Shown piece by piece: positions 33,739-43,200 of a stretch of 64,000 bases of DNA (positions are counted from its first letter, which is position 1; every line of letters starts with the position of its first letter). The notes beneath the pieces were generated by a model. That model was not told the DNA's origin and ran no database searches. It was given only the letters and a program-made list of their open reading frames with translations. Both the position numbers and the translations under genes were made by a program. Source of the DNA: Clostridia bacterium (GTDB lineage: Bacteria > Bacillota > Clostridia > TANB77 > CAG-465); NCBI GenBank assembly GCA_900772475.1, contig CAAHEI010000105.1, forward strand, positions 13,393-77,392. The letters run 5' to 3'.

Positions 33739-33820
33739 GCACACTGATGAGTTTGCGAAATTCAAACGAAACAAGGGAGAAATTTCTCTCTTGTCTGTGC
33801 AAAAAAAGGATTATAGAAAA

Positions 33821-33997
33821 ATGAACGATTATAAATGTGTTTATGCAAAATTTGTAGCTCAAGGATTATATCAAAAAATAATTTGCACAAAGAATAACGA
33901 TATATGCCCTTGTGTGAGATATTGTCCAACAAAAAAAACAATAGAACATAGTGATATGGCAAAATATTGTTTGCAAAATCCAAATAGAAAACAATGA
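33821..33997 (+). CDS. hypothetical Cys-rich 58-aa protein
   Basis: An internal ATG of track ORF 33725..33997, preceded by AAAGGATTATAGAAAA. The protein has five Cys. The longer N-terminal extension overlapping the tail gene seems unlikely. Confidence 0.35.
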   Translation: MNDYKCVYAKFVAQGLYQKIICTKNNDICPCVRYCPTKKTIEHSDMAKYCLQNPNRKQ

Positions 33998-34030
33998 ATA
34001 TAAAAACTAAAAATAATAAGGAGAAAAAAT

Positions 34031-34339
34031 ATGCTAAGATCTATAAAAATAACTACTGCGACTTCCGATGAAGATATACTTTTAAACACTGATATTCAAA
34101 AAAGAATTTGCGAAAGACTTGGAAAAACTACCGATGATTATTTAAAAATGTTGAGTGGTGATGGAATAAAAATGGATTTAACAATTTCTTTTTCTGCAAC
34201 AAATAAAATTTCAATAAATAATGGGTTGTTTGATGACTTATTTGAAGATTCTATCTACACTCTTGGACTGAAAACTCCAATAAAAAGTGTAAAAATTAAA
34301 ACTCCAGCAACATTTTTCGTATTGATTGATGTGGATTAG
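34031..34339 (+). CDS. hypothetical protein
   Basis: ORF track. AAGGAG RBS. Confidence 0.6.
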   Translation: MLRSIKITTATSDEDILLNTDIQKRICERLGKTTDDYLKMLSGDGIKMDLTISFSATNKISINNGLFDDLFEDSIYTLGLKTPIKSVKIKTPATFFVLIDVD

Positions 34340-36079
34340 GTGGTGCAAATGAGAGATAATTTAACCAATGGCAAAATAATTGCTTTTATAACTGCTCAAT
34401 GCAGAAAAATTGTAAGACAACAATCTTCAGGTATTTTGGATATAAAATGGGATAGTGCTACTCATTCTTTGGTATTTACTCTAACAAATGGTAAAACTAT
34501 TTCTGTTTCTATTGCTGCAAGTGCAAATGGTATTTCATATTCAAATGCCATTTCTAAACTTGATGCTAATGATGTTCAAAGTGCGATAGATGAAGTTTTG
34601 ACAAAATTAAAAAAAGAAATTAGTGATTTAGGTAAAAAGACTGCACATTTAGATGAGCAAAACAAATTTACCGAATTAAATAGTTTTGATGCTGAAACTA
34701 CATTTAATAATGCAATTACAGTAAATGGGGCTGATGTTGGAATAGATAATGGTGTTGTTTTAATTACAGATAATACAAATGGGAAAGACATCGTAACTAA
34801 ATATTCTGCTGATGAAATAGTAATTAGTGCAAACGGGGATAAAAACCCAAAAACATTAACATTGCCATTGGAAGATGGAACACTGGTTACAAGTGTGAAA
34901 TTTGATATGAAACACTCAAAATTTACAAATAGAGATAATGGCAACGGAAAAGAGGATACTTGGTTGTCTACAGATACGGATACAACTCAATCTATATCAA
35001 ATGAAAATGGAGTAACAAATACTTCAGTCTCTGTGCAGAAGAACTTCATAGAACTTACATCGTTGGAGCTTTCGGACCAAACAGTGCAAAGCAATATCAC
35101 TTTGACTTCTGATGGTATAGCATTGAAATCTAGCAAAAACCATACTAGTGAAGGAAAAGAAATTAAATTAGAAATAACTTCCGATGGTGCACAAATAAAT
35201 AGTAAAAGTATTGCGACATCTGATGATTTGAGCAAAAAAATAGATCGTATAACTACAACTGGTGGTTATACAAGGGTTTATGGAATAAATAAAGATGGTT
35301 CTGCGACTATTGTAACTATTGATGATGAGCTTGATAACTCTAAAATAAATTTAGTTGATAATAAAACCATAAAAAATGCACTAGATAAAAAGCAGGATAA
35401 ACTAACTGCAGGTAGCAGAATAGTAATTGATAATAACAACACTATAAAATCGGTAACTAATTATATTGACCTAACGGGCGAAGATGGCTCTCTTGATGAT
35501 GCACAAATGGTAATGCTTCAAGGTGATGATATGGTCGTATTAAGACGCTCTGGAGTTTTGTATAGACTAAACAGTAAGCCTATAAATGGAAGTGGTGATT
35601 ATGTTTTTTATAGTGACTATTATAGCACTGGTGAAATACCAGGCTTAACTCCATACATGATAATTTTAAAACAAGATAAAACATGGAAATGGCAATCATT
35701 AGATAAAAACTCTCAAGGTGCAGTTATGTATGTTGCACAACAATTAAGTCAAGAACAAAAAGACCAAGCGTGTAAAAATATTGGAGTAAATCAAGCATTT
35801 GAAGATTCCGATGGGGTTACAATCATTAGAAATGGTAACATTGTAATGCAAAGCAAAACTTTTACAATGCAAGGAAATAGTGAAAAAGCATTTTCATTCC
35901 CTGTAAGCTATGATGCTGATAAAAAACCAATGTGTTGGTGCAATAGTTCGGCTGATGGAATGAGTTCAAATAATAGTTCTGCAGTAATATCTTGTGATAG
36001 CAACTCAATGGTAGTTAGAATTTGTGGTGTAGAATCGACTGTGACATTTTTTGCTCAAGGTTGGGTTACTAAAAAATAA
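34340..36079 (+). CDS. fibre-like structural protein (579 aa)
   Basis: ORF track, with a possible alternative start at ATG 34349. The composition is Ser/Thr/Asn/Gly-rich and beta-type. Confidence 0.6.
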   Translation: MVQMRDNLTNGKIIAFITAQCRKIVRQQSSGILDIKWDSATHSLVFTLTNGKTISVSIAASANGISYSNAISKLDANDVQSAIDEVLTKLKKEISDLGKKTAHLDEQNKFTELNSFDAETTFNNAITVNGADVGIDNGVVLITDNTNGKDIVTKYSADEIVISANGDKNPKTLTLPLEDGTLVTSVKFDMKHSKFTNRDNGNGKEDTWLSTDTDTTQSISNENGVTNTSVSVQKNFIELTSLELSDQTVQSNITLTSDGIALKSSKNHTSEGKEIKLEITSDGAQINSKSIATSDDLSKKIDRITTTGGYTRVYGINKDGSATIVTIDDELDNSKINLVDNKTIKNALDKKQDKLTAGSRIVIDNNNTIKSVTNYIDLTGEDGSLDDAQMVMLQGDDMVVLRRSGVLYRLNSKPINGSGDYVFYSDYYSTGEIPGLTPYMIILKQDKTWKWQSLDKNSQGAVMYVAQQLSQEQKDQACKNIGVNQAFEDSDGVTIIRNGNIVMQSKTFTMQGNSEKAFSFPVSYDADKKPMCWCNSSADGMSSNNSSAVISCDSNSMVVRICGVESTVTFFAQGWVTKK

Positions 36080-36107
36080 TATTATAGAAAAAGTGAGATT
36101 TTAGAAT

Positions 36108-36734
36108 ATGAAAAGTTTTAATTTAGAAGAACAAAAATTTAAAGTGATAAAATTTGGTAAATATAAATTGGAGATTAGACCATATATTTTAACCAACGAG
36201 AAAATTATTATTAGCGATATTTGTTGTCAACAATTTAAAAATGATAATGAAAATAAAAAGAAAGGTAGTTTCCATTTGGCTAAACTTGTTTACAATATTG
36301 TAGTAGGTGCTCTATGCGTTAAAAATGTAACAATTGAAGGTGTAGATATAAAATATAAAAAAGATAAAGTAGACAAGATTTCTCTTGATTTGAAAGATAA
36401 AACAATAGAAAATTTTGAAAAATCTGGATTGGTTTCACTTTTCCCTAGTAATATTTTGGGGTATAACGAAACATGGGAAGATATTGTTCGTGATATTGAA
36501 TTTAGTGGTAATAATATTTCTGAAATTATGGATAAATTTGTTGAAGCTGTTCCTAGTGGTGAAAAACAAGAAGAAATTGTGAAAGAAATAAAAACTCTTG
36601 TTGATAACTTTAATAAGAAAAATCCTGAGATTTCCAAAGAAGTTGCAATGAAACAATTTAGAGAAATTGCAAAAGACGATTTAATTGAAAATAAAAATAA
36701 AGAAAAACAAGAAAAATTAAATAAGAAAAAATAA
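36108..36734 (+). CDS. hypothetical protein (possible tail assembly chaperone by position)
   Basis: ORF track. It lies upstream of the tape measure. I found no overlapping -1 frame extension. Confidence 0.5.
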   Translation: MKSFNLEEQKFKVIKFGKYKLEIRPYILTNEKIIISDICCQQFKNDNENKKKGSFHLAKLVYNIVVGALCVKNVTIEGVDIKYKKDKVDKISLDLKDKTIENFEKSGLVSLFPSNILGYNETWEDIVRDIEFSGNNISEIMDKFVEAVPSGEKQEEIVKEIKTLVDNFNKKNPEISKEVAMKQFREIAKDDLIENKNKEKQEKLNKKK

Positions 36735-36743
36735 GGTGGTTTT

Positions 36744-37244
36744 ATGGCTACTTATTTTATAAGAAATACAGAGCAACTAAATAAATTGGTAATTCAAAAA
36801 ATTTCTCGTGGACTTTTAGCATATGTTTCTAAAAAAGTGGTAAAAATAATGCAGGATAATTTAAGTTATTCTGAGATATCTACTAGTACATTGCAAAAGA
36901 CTGTAGGATATAAAATAAATTCTGCGGGAGATGAAAGTGATATTGCAATAGATTATGAATTTGCTCAAACATTTGCTTCTCCGCCAGAATTTGACGGTAA
37001 TGGTAGGCTTATAGTTTGGGGCCATTTAACTAATACTTTTGGTTCCAATGCATTTGACCAAACATGGAATGGCGAATTAATTTCTTTTAGACTTGCTGAA
37101 TGGTTAGAAAGTGGTGGTAGTGGAACTATAGGTAATCAACCAATTGTTGCATCTCATTGGTTTACAAAAACAAAACAAGAAGTCGAAATGAATTTGCAAT
37201 CTTGGGCAAGAGAATATTTAAGACAAAATGGTTTTATCAAATAG
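36744..37244 (+). CDS. hypothetical protein upstream of the tape measure
   Basis: ORF track. GGTGG RBS. Confidence 0.6.
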   Translation: MATYFIRNTEQLNKLVIQKISRGLLAYVSKKVVKIMQDNLSYSEISTSTLQKTVGYKINSAGDESDIAIDYEFAQTFASPPEFDGNGRLIVWGHLTNTFGSNAFDQTWNGELISFRLAEWLESGGSGTIGNQPIVASHWFTKTKQEVEMNLQSWAREYLRQNGFIK

Positions 37245-37262
37245 AAATTTTAGGGGGATACA

Positions 37263-39911
37263 ATGGCTGATTTAAGTATTAAGTTAAAAACTGAAGCGGA
37301 TGCTCAATCATTCGCAAAATCGGTAAATGATTTATCAAAAAAAGTCCCTCCCGTAAAGATAAAAATTTCATCATCTGTGGGTGATGGTATTGGCTCGTTA
37401 GAAAAAAAACTTGGTCCATTGTCTTCTCGAATAGCGGATACCTATGAAAGATTGGCATCATTAAGAACCGAGGGTTCTTTAACTGAAAAATCTTTTTTTG
37501 ACTTATCTGCTCAAGTAGATAATGTTAGAGAAAGTTTAGAAAAGGGAAATATATCGTTTGCAAAAGGTTCGTCTATCTTAGATAAAATAACAGATTCTGC
37601 CAATGGTACAAAAACTGGATTTTTTAATTTGTCTCAAGGACTAATTGATGCTGCATCGAAATTTACTACATGGTATTTATTGGCTGGAGTTATTACTGGC
37701 ATAATAAATGCGCTAAAACAAATGGTAGCAGAAGTTATTTCTTTAGATGCTGCAATGGTTGAATTAAATAAAGTATTCGATGCTAGTAATATAGAACTCA
37801 ATAGAGTAAAAGATAGAGCATTTGAATTAGCCGATGGACTAGGCACTACTGGTAAGGCAGTAATTGAGGCGACAACTGAATTTAAACGAATGGGTTATAC
37901 CATTAACGAATCTTTAGATTTAGCTAAAGTTGCAACAACAATGACAAATGTTGCGGAAGGGATAACGGACACTGGTGAGGCAGCGAATATATTAACTTCA
38001 ATCCTAAAAGGTACTGGCGTTTCATCGGAATATGCCATGTCATTATTGGATAGGCTCAATGAAGTTTCAAATAATAATGCAATAAGTTTTGATGCTTTAG
38101 CAAATATGTTGCAGTCAACTGCTTCTACAATGAATATTCTTGGGAATAACACCGACGAAACAATTGGTATGTTGACGGGTGCCTATGCAGTTATTCAAGA
38201 TGAGCGTGTTGGAAAAGCGCTTACGACTATCGGTCTAAGAATTTCGGGATTAAATGAAGATTTAGAAACTGAAGCAGGGCTTGCAAATGATGTATCTAAA
38301 TCGTTGCAAAAATATGCAGGAATAAATGTTTTTGATGAACAAACAGGCCAAATAAAAAGCACATACGAGATAATGAAAGAACTATCTACAGTATGGGATG
38401 ACTTAAATAAAAATGAACAGGCGGTGTTATTGAATAAACTTGCTGGTAAAAATAGGGCAGACGTTGCGGCTGCGCTATTGGCAAACTGGGAAAATGTCGA
38501 TGAGGCAATTGAAGACGCTGCCAATAGTTTGGGGTCTGCAACAAAGGAGAACGAGAAACACTTAAATAGTATTAAAGGAAAACTTGAAGCTATAAAAAAT
38601 CTCTTTCAGGAAACTGCAAAAGAAATGATACCCCAAGAAGTTATTAAATCCACATTGGATTTGGTAAAGGCATTGATGGAAGTTGTGAAACCTATTGGAA
38701 CTGCAGTGGGTCTAATGATAAAGGCCAGCGGTATTTCACAGCAATTTAAGTCGCTTGCAAATGCACTTTCTCTTATTGGCAAGTATTTGCAAGGAATTTA
38801 TAAATTTTGGCAGCCAGTTATAGATGTAATATATACTCTTCAGGAAAGCATATTTACTATAACAAATTCAATTAGCGACGAGTTATTTGAAGGATTAGAA
38901 TTGTTAGCAAAAAAAATCATGGAATGGTTTGGTCCAGTTATCAATATATTTAATAAAGTAACAGGATGGATATCAAATACTACTTCTAAGGCTGTAGAGC
39001 GGATAAAAGGCTGGTTCGGAGAAGTTGATAAAGATGCCAAAGACCTTGCGGAAACTTTTAATAAGTCTGAAAAGGATGTAAATGATTATGACAAGGCATT
39101 ATTCAATTTAAAAAAAACTTTGGGTGAACTAAGGGTTGAAAACGAAGAGACTTTAGAAAATTTAAAAAAACAAAATAAAGAAATTGAAAATCAAAAAGAA
39201 CTTAATGATAAATTGTTAGCAGTTGAAAAAGCCAGACAAGAATTAGCAGATGCTAAAAATAAAAGAGTTCGTGTATTTCGTGCTGGTATTGGCTTTACTT
39301 ATGAATCTGATACATCTGAAGTGCAGGCTGCACAAGAAAATTTGCAATCTGCTATTGATGAATTAAGCGAGTTTAAATATGATTTGATACTTTCAAGGGC
39401 AGAAGAATTTGTTGAAAAATTTGCTGAGATATTATCTGGTGATGATATGACTGAAGGTTGGCAAGAATTGTTTGATAATTTTGCTGATTTGATGGGCACA
39501 GAATTTGAATATTTTATAACAAATGCTAAGGAATCGATAAAAGAATTTAATAAAACGGTGAAAGAAAACTCAGTACTTAAAGACCCAAAAGGGACAATTT
39601 CATTAAACACAGATGAGCATAATGCAAGTGGAGATATCAATTTTAAAGGTGGACCCACTTGGGTTGGTGAACACGGCCCGGAAATTGTAAATCTGCCACA
39701 GGGTAGTGAAATATTGAGCCATAATAAATCAATTAGGCTAACAAGTTTAGTAAACAATCCAAACAAATTTCTTACAGGATCCAGTAAAAATATAACATTA
39801 CAGTTTAACGGGCCTTTAGAGTTTCCTAATGTAACATCCGCAGAGGATGCAAGTGGGTTTATAGATGCTGTAGTATCTGTAGGAAATTCAAGAGTTCCAA
39901 AATATTCTTAA
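37263..39911 (+). CDS. tail tape measure protein
   Basis: 882 aa and alpha-helical or coiled-coil rich. The core is TP901-type (AMVELNKVFD...LGTTGKAVIEATTEFKRMGYT...NVAEGITDTGEAANILTS). The C-terminal GGPTWVGEHGPEIVNLPQGSEI motif is typical of tape measure proteins. Confidence 0.85.
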   Translation: MADLSIKLKTEADAQSFAKSVNDLSKKVPPVKIKISSSVGDGIGSLEKKLGPLSSRIADTYERLASLRTEGSLTEKSFFDLSAQVDNVRESLEKGNISFAKGSSILDKITDSANGTKTGFFNLSQGLIDAASKFTTWYLLAGVITGIINALKQMVAEVISLDAAMVELNKVFDASNIELNRVKDRAFELADGLGTTGKAVIEATTEFKRMGYTINESLDLAKVATTMTNVAEGITDTGEAANILTSILKGTGVSSEYAMSLLDRLNEVSNNNAISFDALANMLQSTASTMNILGNNTDETIGMLTGAYAVIQDERVGKALTTIGLRISGLNEDLETEAGLANDVSKSLQKYAGINVFDEQTGQIKSTYEIMKELSTVWDDLNKNEQAVLLNKLAGKNRADVAAALLANWENVDEAIEDAANSLGSATKENEKHLNSIKGKLEAIKNLFQETAKEMIPQEVIKSTLDLVKALMEVVKPIGTAVGLMIKASGISQQFKSLANALSLIGKYLQGIYKFWQPVIDVIYTLQESIFTITNSISDELFEGLELLAKKIMEWFGPVINIFNKVTGWISNTTSKAVERIKGWFGEVDKDAKDLAETFNKSEKDVNDYDKALFNLKKTLGELRVENEETLENLKKQNKEIENQKELNDKLLAVEKARQELADAKNKRVRVFRAGIGFTYESDTSEVQAAQENLQSAIDELSEFKYDLILSRAEEFVEKFAEILSGDDMTEGWQELFDNFADLMGTEFEYFITNAKESIKEFNKTVKENSVLKDPKGTISLNTDEHNASGDINFKGGPTWVGEHGPEIVNLPQGSEILSHNKSIRLTSLVNNPNKFLTGSSKNITLQFNGPLEFPNVTSAEDASGFIDAVVSVGNSRVPKYS

Positions 39912-40023
39912 AAACAAAGCAGGTGAAATGCCTGCTATATGTCAGCAATAAGGCTAAACCTTTAAGATGACACATATTTGCATTTTTATGCACAAAATTT
40001 AATAAATATACAAAGGTGGTATT

Positions 40024-40317
40024 ATGGCAAGTTTAGATAGAGCATCTGGAATAAAAGTGGCAGAAGCTATAGAAAAAAGAATAAAACTTATTTCTAAAGA
40101 CTTGTATAATAATGCCCCATATACCATAATAAAAAATGGTATAGTTACAGCAATAAATGGTAAAAGATATACAGTGAGGATAAATAATGCGATATATACA
40201 AATATTTTTGCTATCAAGGGAATTGAATCAATTAGCACGGGAGATGTGGCGATTTGCATCATTCCCAATAATCAATATAGTAATATGTTTATATTGGGTG
40301 TTTTGGACATTGAGTAG
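40024..40317 (+). CDS. hypothetical protein
   Basis: ORF track. AAAGGTGG RBS. Confidence 0.55.
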   Translation: MASLDRASGIKVAEAIEKRIKLISKDLYNNAPYTIIKNGIVTAINGKRYTVRINNAIYTNIFAIKGIESISTGDVAICIIPNNQYSNMFILGVLDIE

Positions 40318-40434
40318 ACGTCATAATTGGGCCAAATTTGGCAGAAATTAACTACATCGATAATTTATACTAGGAAACTAAAAACTCTTGTCTACGGGCC
40401 TAAAAACGATTTAAAATTGATAATGGAGGAATAA

Positions 40435-41706
40435 ATGGCATTAACAAAACCTTTTATAAACACAATTTCAGCATTTGATGCTCAAAATGGCATTACAATT
40501 AACATAAATGTCTTGGGTGGTGATGCAATTACTGCATATAGTTTTAATATAATGAAATCAGATGGTACGCTACTATTTGCTCCATCTCAAAAAATAAATG
40601 TAAACAATGACATTGCAGACGGAACCATTAGGATATTTCCAATTACTATAAATAAAAATATGGGAATTGAAAATAATCAAAGTTATATGATTAAACCCAT
40701 AACTTATAATGATGAAAACCCAGATGGAGTGGTGGGACAGGCAACTAGTTTTACTTGTTATGTAACACCGTCGGTAAGTATTTATTATTATGATATAAAA
40801 AATGGGCAAGCAGGCTACTTTCCATTCGTAGACAATAGTGTTGTTGGAACCTCAACTCCTAATATAAAAATACAATTTAATCCAAATGATTTGAATAGTG
40901 TTGCAGAACCAAATGTCGCAAATGTCTATGTGTATGGGGTTAATGGTAGTGCAAGAAATTTAATTTATTCTTCGGAAGATATATATAATTTCACATACGA
41001 TATAAATACTAATTTATATGAGATTTCGACCGATTTAGCAGATTTTACTATAAATATAAATGAAGATGGGAGCCCATCTACAGATAGACTATATAATAGT
41101 TTTGAAGTTGAGTGGGCGTTACGAACCATAGAAAACTTTCAGCCAACATTGCAAGGTTTAATAACTGGAATAAATTGCTATTATCCAATTCTATATAATT
41201 CACCTTATTTGGTTATAAATAATTTATGTGAAGAAGGAAAAATAGAAATAAATAGCAGTTTGACAAGTTATGAAGGTACAAGTAATCCATATCCTCCAGT
41301 TTATATTGATGATAAAGAGGCTGATTTAACACAGAATGGTTCATGGGTTCAATGGTCTAAATATTTTGTTTTAAAGCAACCTTATACATTTAGATTGTGG
41401 GGTAGGAATTTTAACATAGGACAAATCGCAGATTTATCTTATTCATCCGATAGCAGTAGGCATATTATATTAAAATATAATCAAGAAGATATTTATGATG
41501 AAACAACTCAGACTATGACAAATTATACATTCATTTCGTTGGCTAGTGGACAAAGTAAAACAATAAATAATATTGAATATTTTTATCCTTATTATATTGA
41601 AAGTGAAAGAATTCTAACCAACACAATAACTGCAACAACAAAACTTTTTATAAATGTACAAGAACAAGGTGAATTGTTCGATATTTCTTTTAAAATTTTA
41701 AATTAA
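40435..41706 (+). CDS. putative distal tail / baseplate protein
   Basis: Positional call: it is the first large ORF after the tape measure. GGAGGA RBS. Confidence 0.4.
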   Translation: MALTKPFINTISAFDAQNGITININVLGGDAITAYSFNIMKSDGTLLFAPSQKINVNNDIADGTIRIFPITINKNMGIENNQSYMIKPITYNDENPDGVVGQATSFTCYVTPSVSIYYYDIKNGQAGYFPFVDNSVVGTSTPNIKIQFNPNDLNSVAEPNVANVYVYGVNGSARNLIYSSEDIYNFTYDINTNLYEISTDLADFTININEDGSPSTDRLYNSFEVEWALRTIENFQPTLQGLITGINCYYPILYNSPYLVINNLCEEGKIEINSSLTSYEGTSNPYPPVYIDDKEADLTQNGSWVQWSKYFVLKQPYTFRLWGRNFNIGQIADLSYSSDSSRHIILKYNQEDIYDETTQTMTNYTFISLASGQSKTINNIEYFYPYYIESERILTNTITATTKLFINVQEQGELFDISFKILN

Positions 41707-41721
41707 GGATGGTAAAAAATT

Positions 41722-42249
41722 ATGGCGTTCCCAGACACGATTGATGCTTTTTTACAAGCACAAGACCCCCAGAATTCTCAAGATATACAAAATATAAACA
41801 CTTATCAATCTTTATTAAATGGCTCAAGCGAAAACCCAATTGGCGATGCCCATAATTATTTGATGGGTTTGTCAAATGGTATTCAAATGAGTTTAAATGC
41901 TGGCAGGTATAATCAAGTAATAGATGCCATCGAAGCGATTGAAAGTTTTTATTTAGGTCTTAACGGCGTAAAAGAATATATTCAAAATAATGCAAGTGCT
42001 TTTACTAATTATAAGCAATGGGGTAATTCTATAACTTATTCAATAGGTAATTTTGTTGGTCATAAGGGTTCTTGGTATAGTTGCATCCAACAAAATACAA
42101 ATATAGAACCAGGGGTTACTTCAAATTGGCAAAATTATTGGACTTTAATTTTACAACCCCAAACGGCAATAAAATATCCAATACAGGCAGAACAGCCAAC
42201 TGGGCAAGTGGCTGGAGATTTATGGTTCCAAATAGTAAGTAGGTGGTGA
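41722..42249 (+). CDS. tail protein with CBM5/12-like carbohydrate-binding repeat
   Basis: YKQWGNSITYSIGNFVGHKGSWYSCIQQNTNIEPGVTSNWQNYW fits the W..Y..G..V...G..Y......P......W pattern. Its C-terminus GDLWFQIV is shared with 46229..46894. Confidence 0.5.
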   Translation: MAFPDTIDAFLQAQDPQNSQDIQNINTYQSLLNGSSENPIGDAHNYLMGLSNGIQMSLNAGRYNQVIDAIEAIESFYLGLNGVKEYIQNNASAFTNYKQWGNSITYSIGNFVGHKGSWYSCIQQNTNIEPGVTSNWQNYWTLILQPQTAIKYPIQAEQPTGQVAGDLWFQIVSRW

Positions 42250-42252
42250 AAA

Positions 42253-43179
42253 ATGTTTTTTCTATATGATACATTAAAAGACCAAAATTTAATGAATTTT
42301 ACTGCGAATTCAACTTTAGTAGATACGATAAAGATTGCTAATGGCATTTTTGACCATCTAAATTTATTAGAGCAAATAACAAATTCAACTACAATACCAA
42401 CTGAATGGACAGACCAAACTCTTTTAAATGTAACTTTTAATAATAGTATAAATGGTGGACAAATAAGTGAATTTATTGGGAATATTAGCAGATTAGATAT
42501 TCAAAGGAAAGAATTCGGGACCAATGAGTGGATAACTATTCAAAGTTTATATAAGGATAACATCGGGCACATTAGCACTGAATTTACAATGTATGATACA
42601 TATGAAAAAAATAATACATTATACACCTATCAAATTGTCCCAGTAGATGCTCAAGGGAATCAAGGAACAGCAATACAACAAGATGTTTTAAGTGTTTTTA
42701 ATGATGCTTATATTGCTGATGCTAATAATATCTATAAGATTACTTATGAATATAATCTTGGTTCAATACAAAAAAATCAAACCAATGCGATTTATACTCC
42801 ATATGGGGCAAAATATCCAACAATAGTATATAATTCAATAAATCGTTATGATAGTGGCTCTATTACCGCAATTTTGCTCGCACCTACAAGCCAAAACGAA
42901 ACTATGGCATATTTAGATAGAAATGCACAAGTAAAACTTGTAGAAGAATTTAATACATGGTTAGCAAATGGCAAAGCAAAAATTTTAAAAGATTTTAATG
43001 GAAATCTAAAAGTTATTACGATAATAAATCCTGTTTCCAATAATTATTATAAAGAATTGGGGAATGGACTTGCTAGCACTTCATTCAATTTTGTAGAAGT
43101 TGGAGATTTTTCGCAACAATATTTAGACAAACTTGGAATGACTAATAAATTTAATATAATGACAAAAACAAATCAATAA
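42253..43179 (+). CDS. hypothetical baseplate/tail protein
   Basis: ORF track. Part of the tail operon. Confidence 0.6.
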   Translation: MFFLYDTLKDQNLMNFTANSTLVDTIKIANGIFDHLNLLEQITNSTTIPTEWTDQTLLNVTFNNSINGGQISEFIGNISRLDIQRKEFGTNEWITIQSLYKDNIGHISTEFTMYDTYEKNNTLYTYQIVPVDAQGNQGTAIQQDVLSVFNDAYIADANNIYKITYEYNLGSIQKNQTNAIYTPYGAKYPTIVYNSINRYDSGSITAILLAPTSQNETMAYLDRNAQVKLVEEFNTWLANGKAKILKDFNGNLKVITIINPVSNNYYKELGNGLASTSFNFVEVGDFSQQYLDKLGMTNKFNIMTKTNQ

Positions 43180-43200
43180 AATAATTAAGGGGGGATGTTT

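Noticed and set aside
33725-33820. Frameshift extension of the major tail protein into ORF 33725..33997
   Set aside because: The 14-nt overlap has no slippery or prfB-like signal. An internal ATG (33821) with an upstream purine-rich RBS explains the ORF better.
36108-37262. Canonical -1 frameshifted tail-chaperone pair (G/GT) upstream of the tape measure
   Set aside because: I looked for an overlapping -1 frame extension and a slippery heptamer. The two ORFs are separate and in the same frame with a TAA between them, and no alternative-frame ORF is present.
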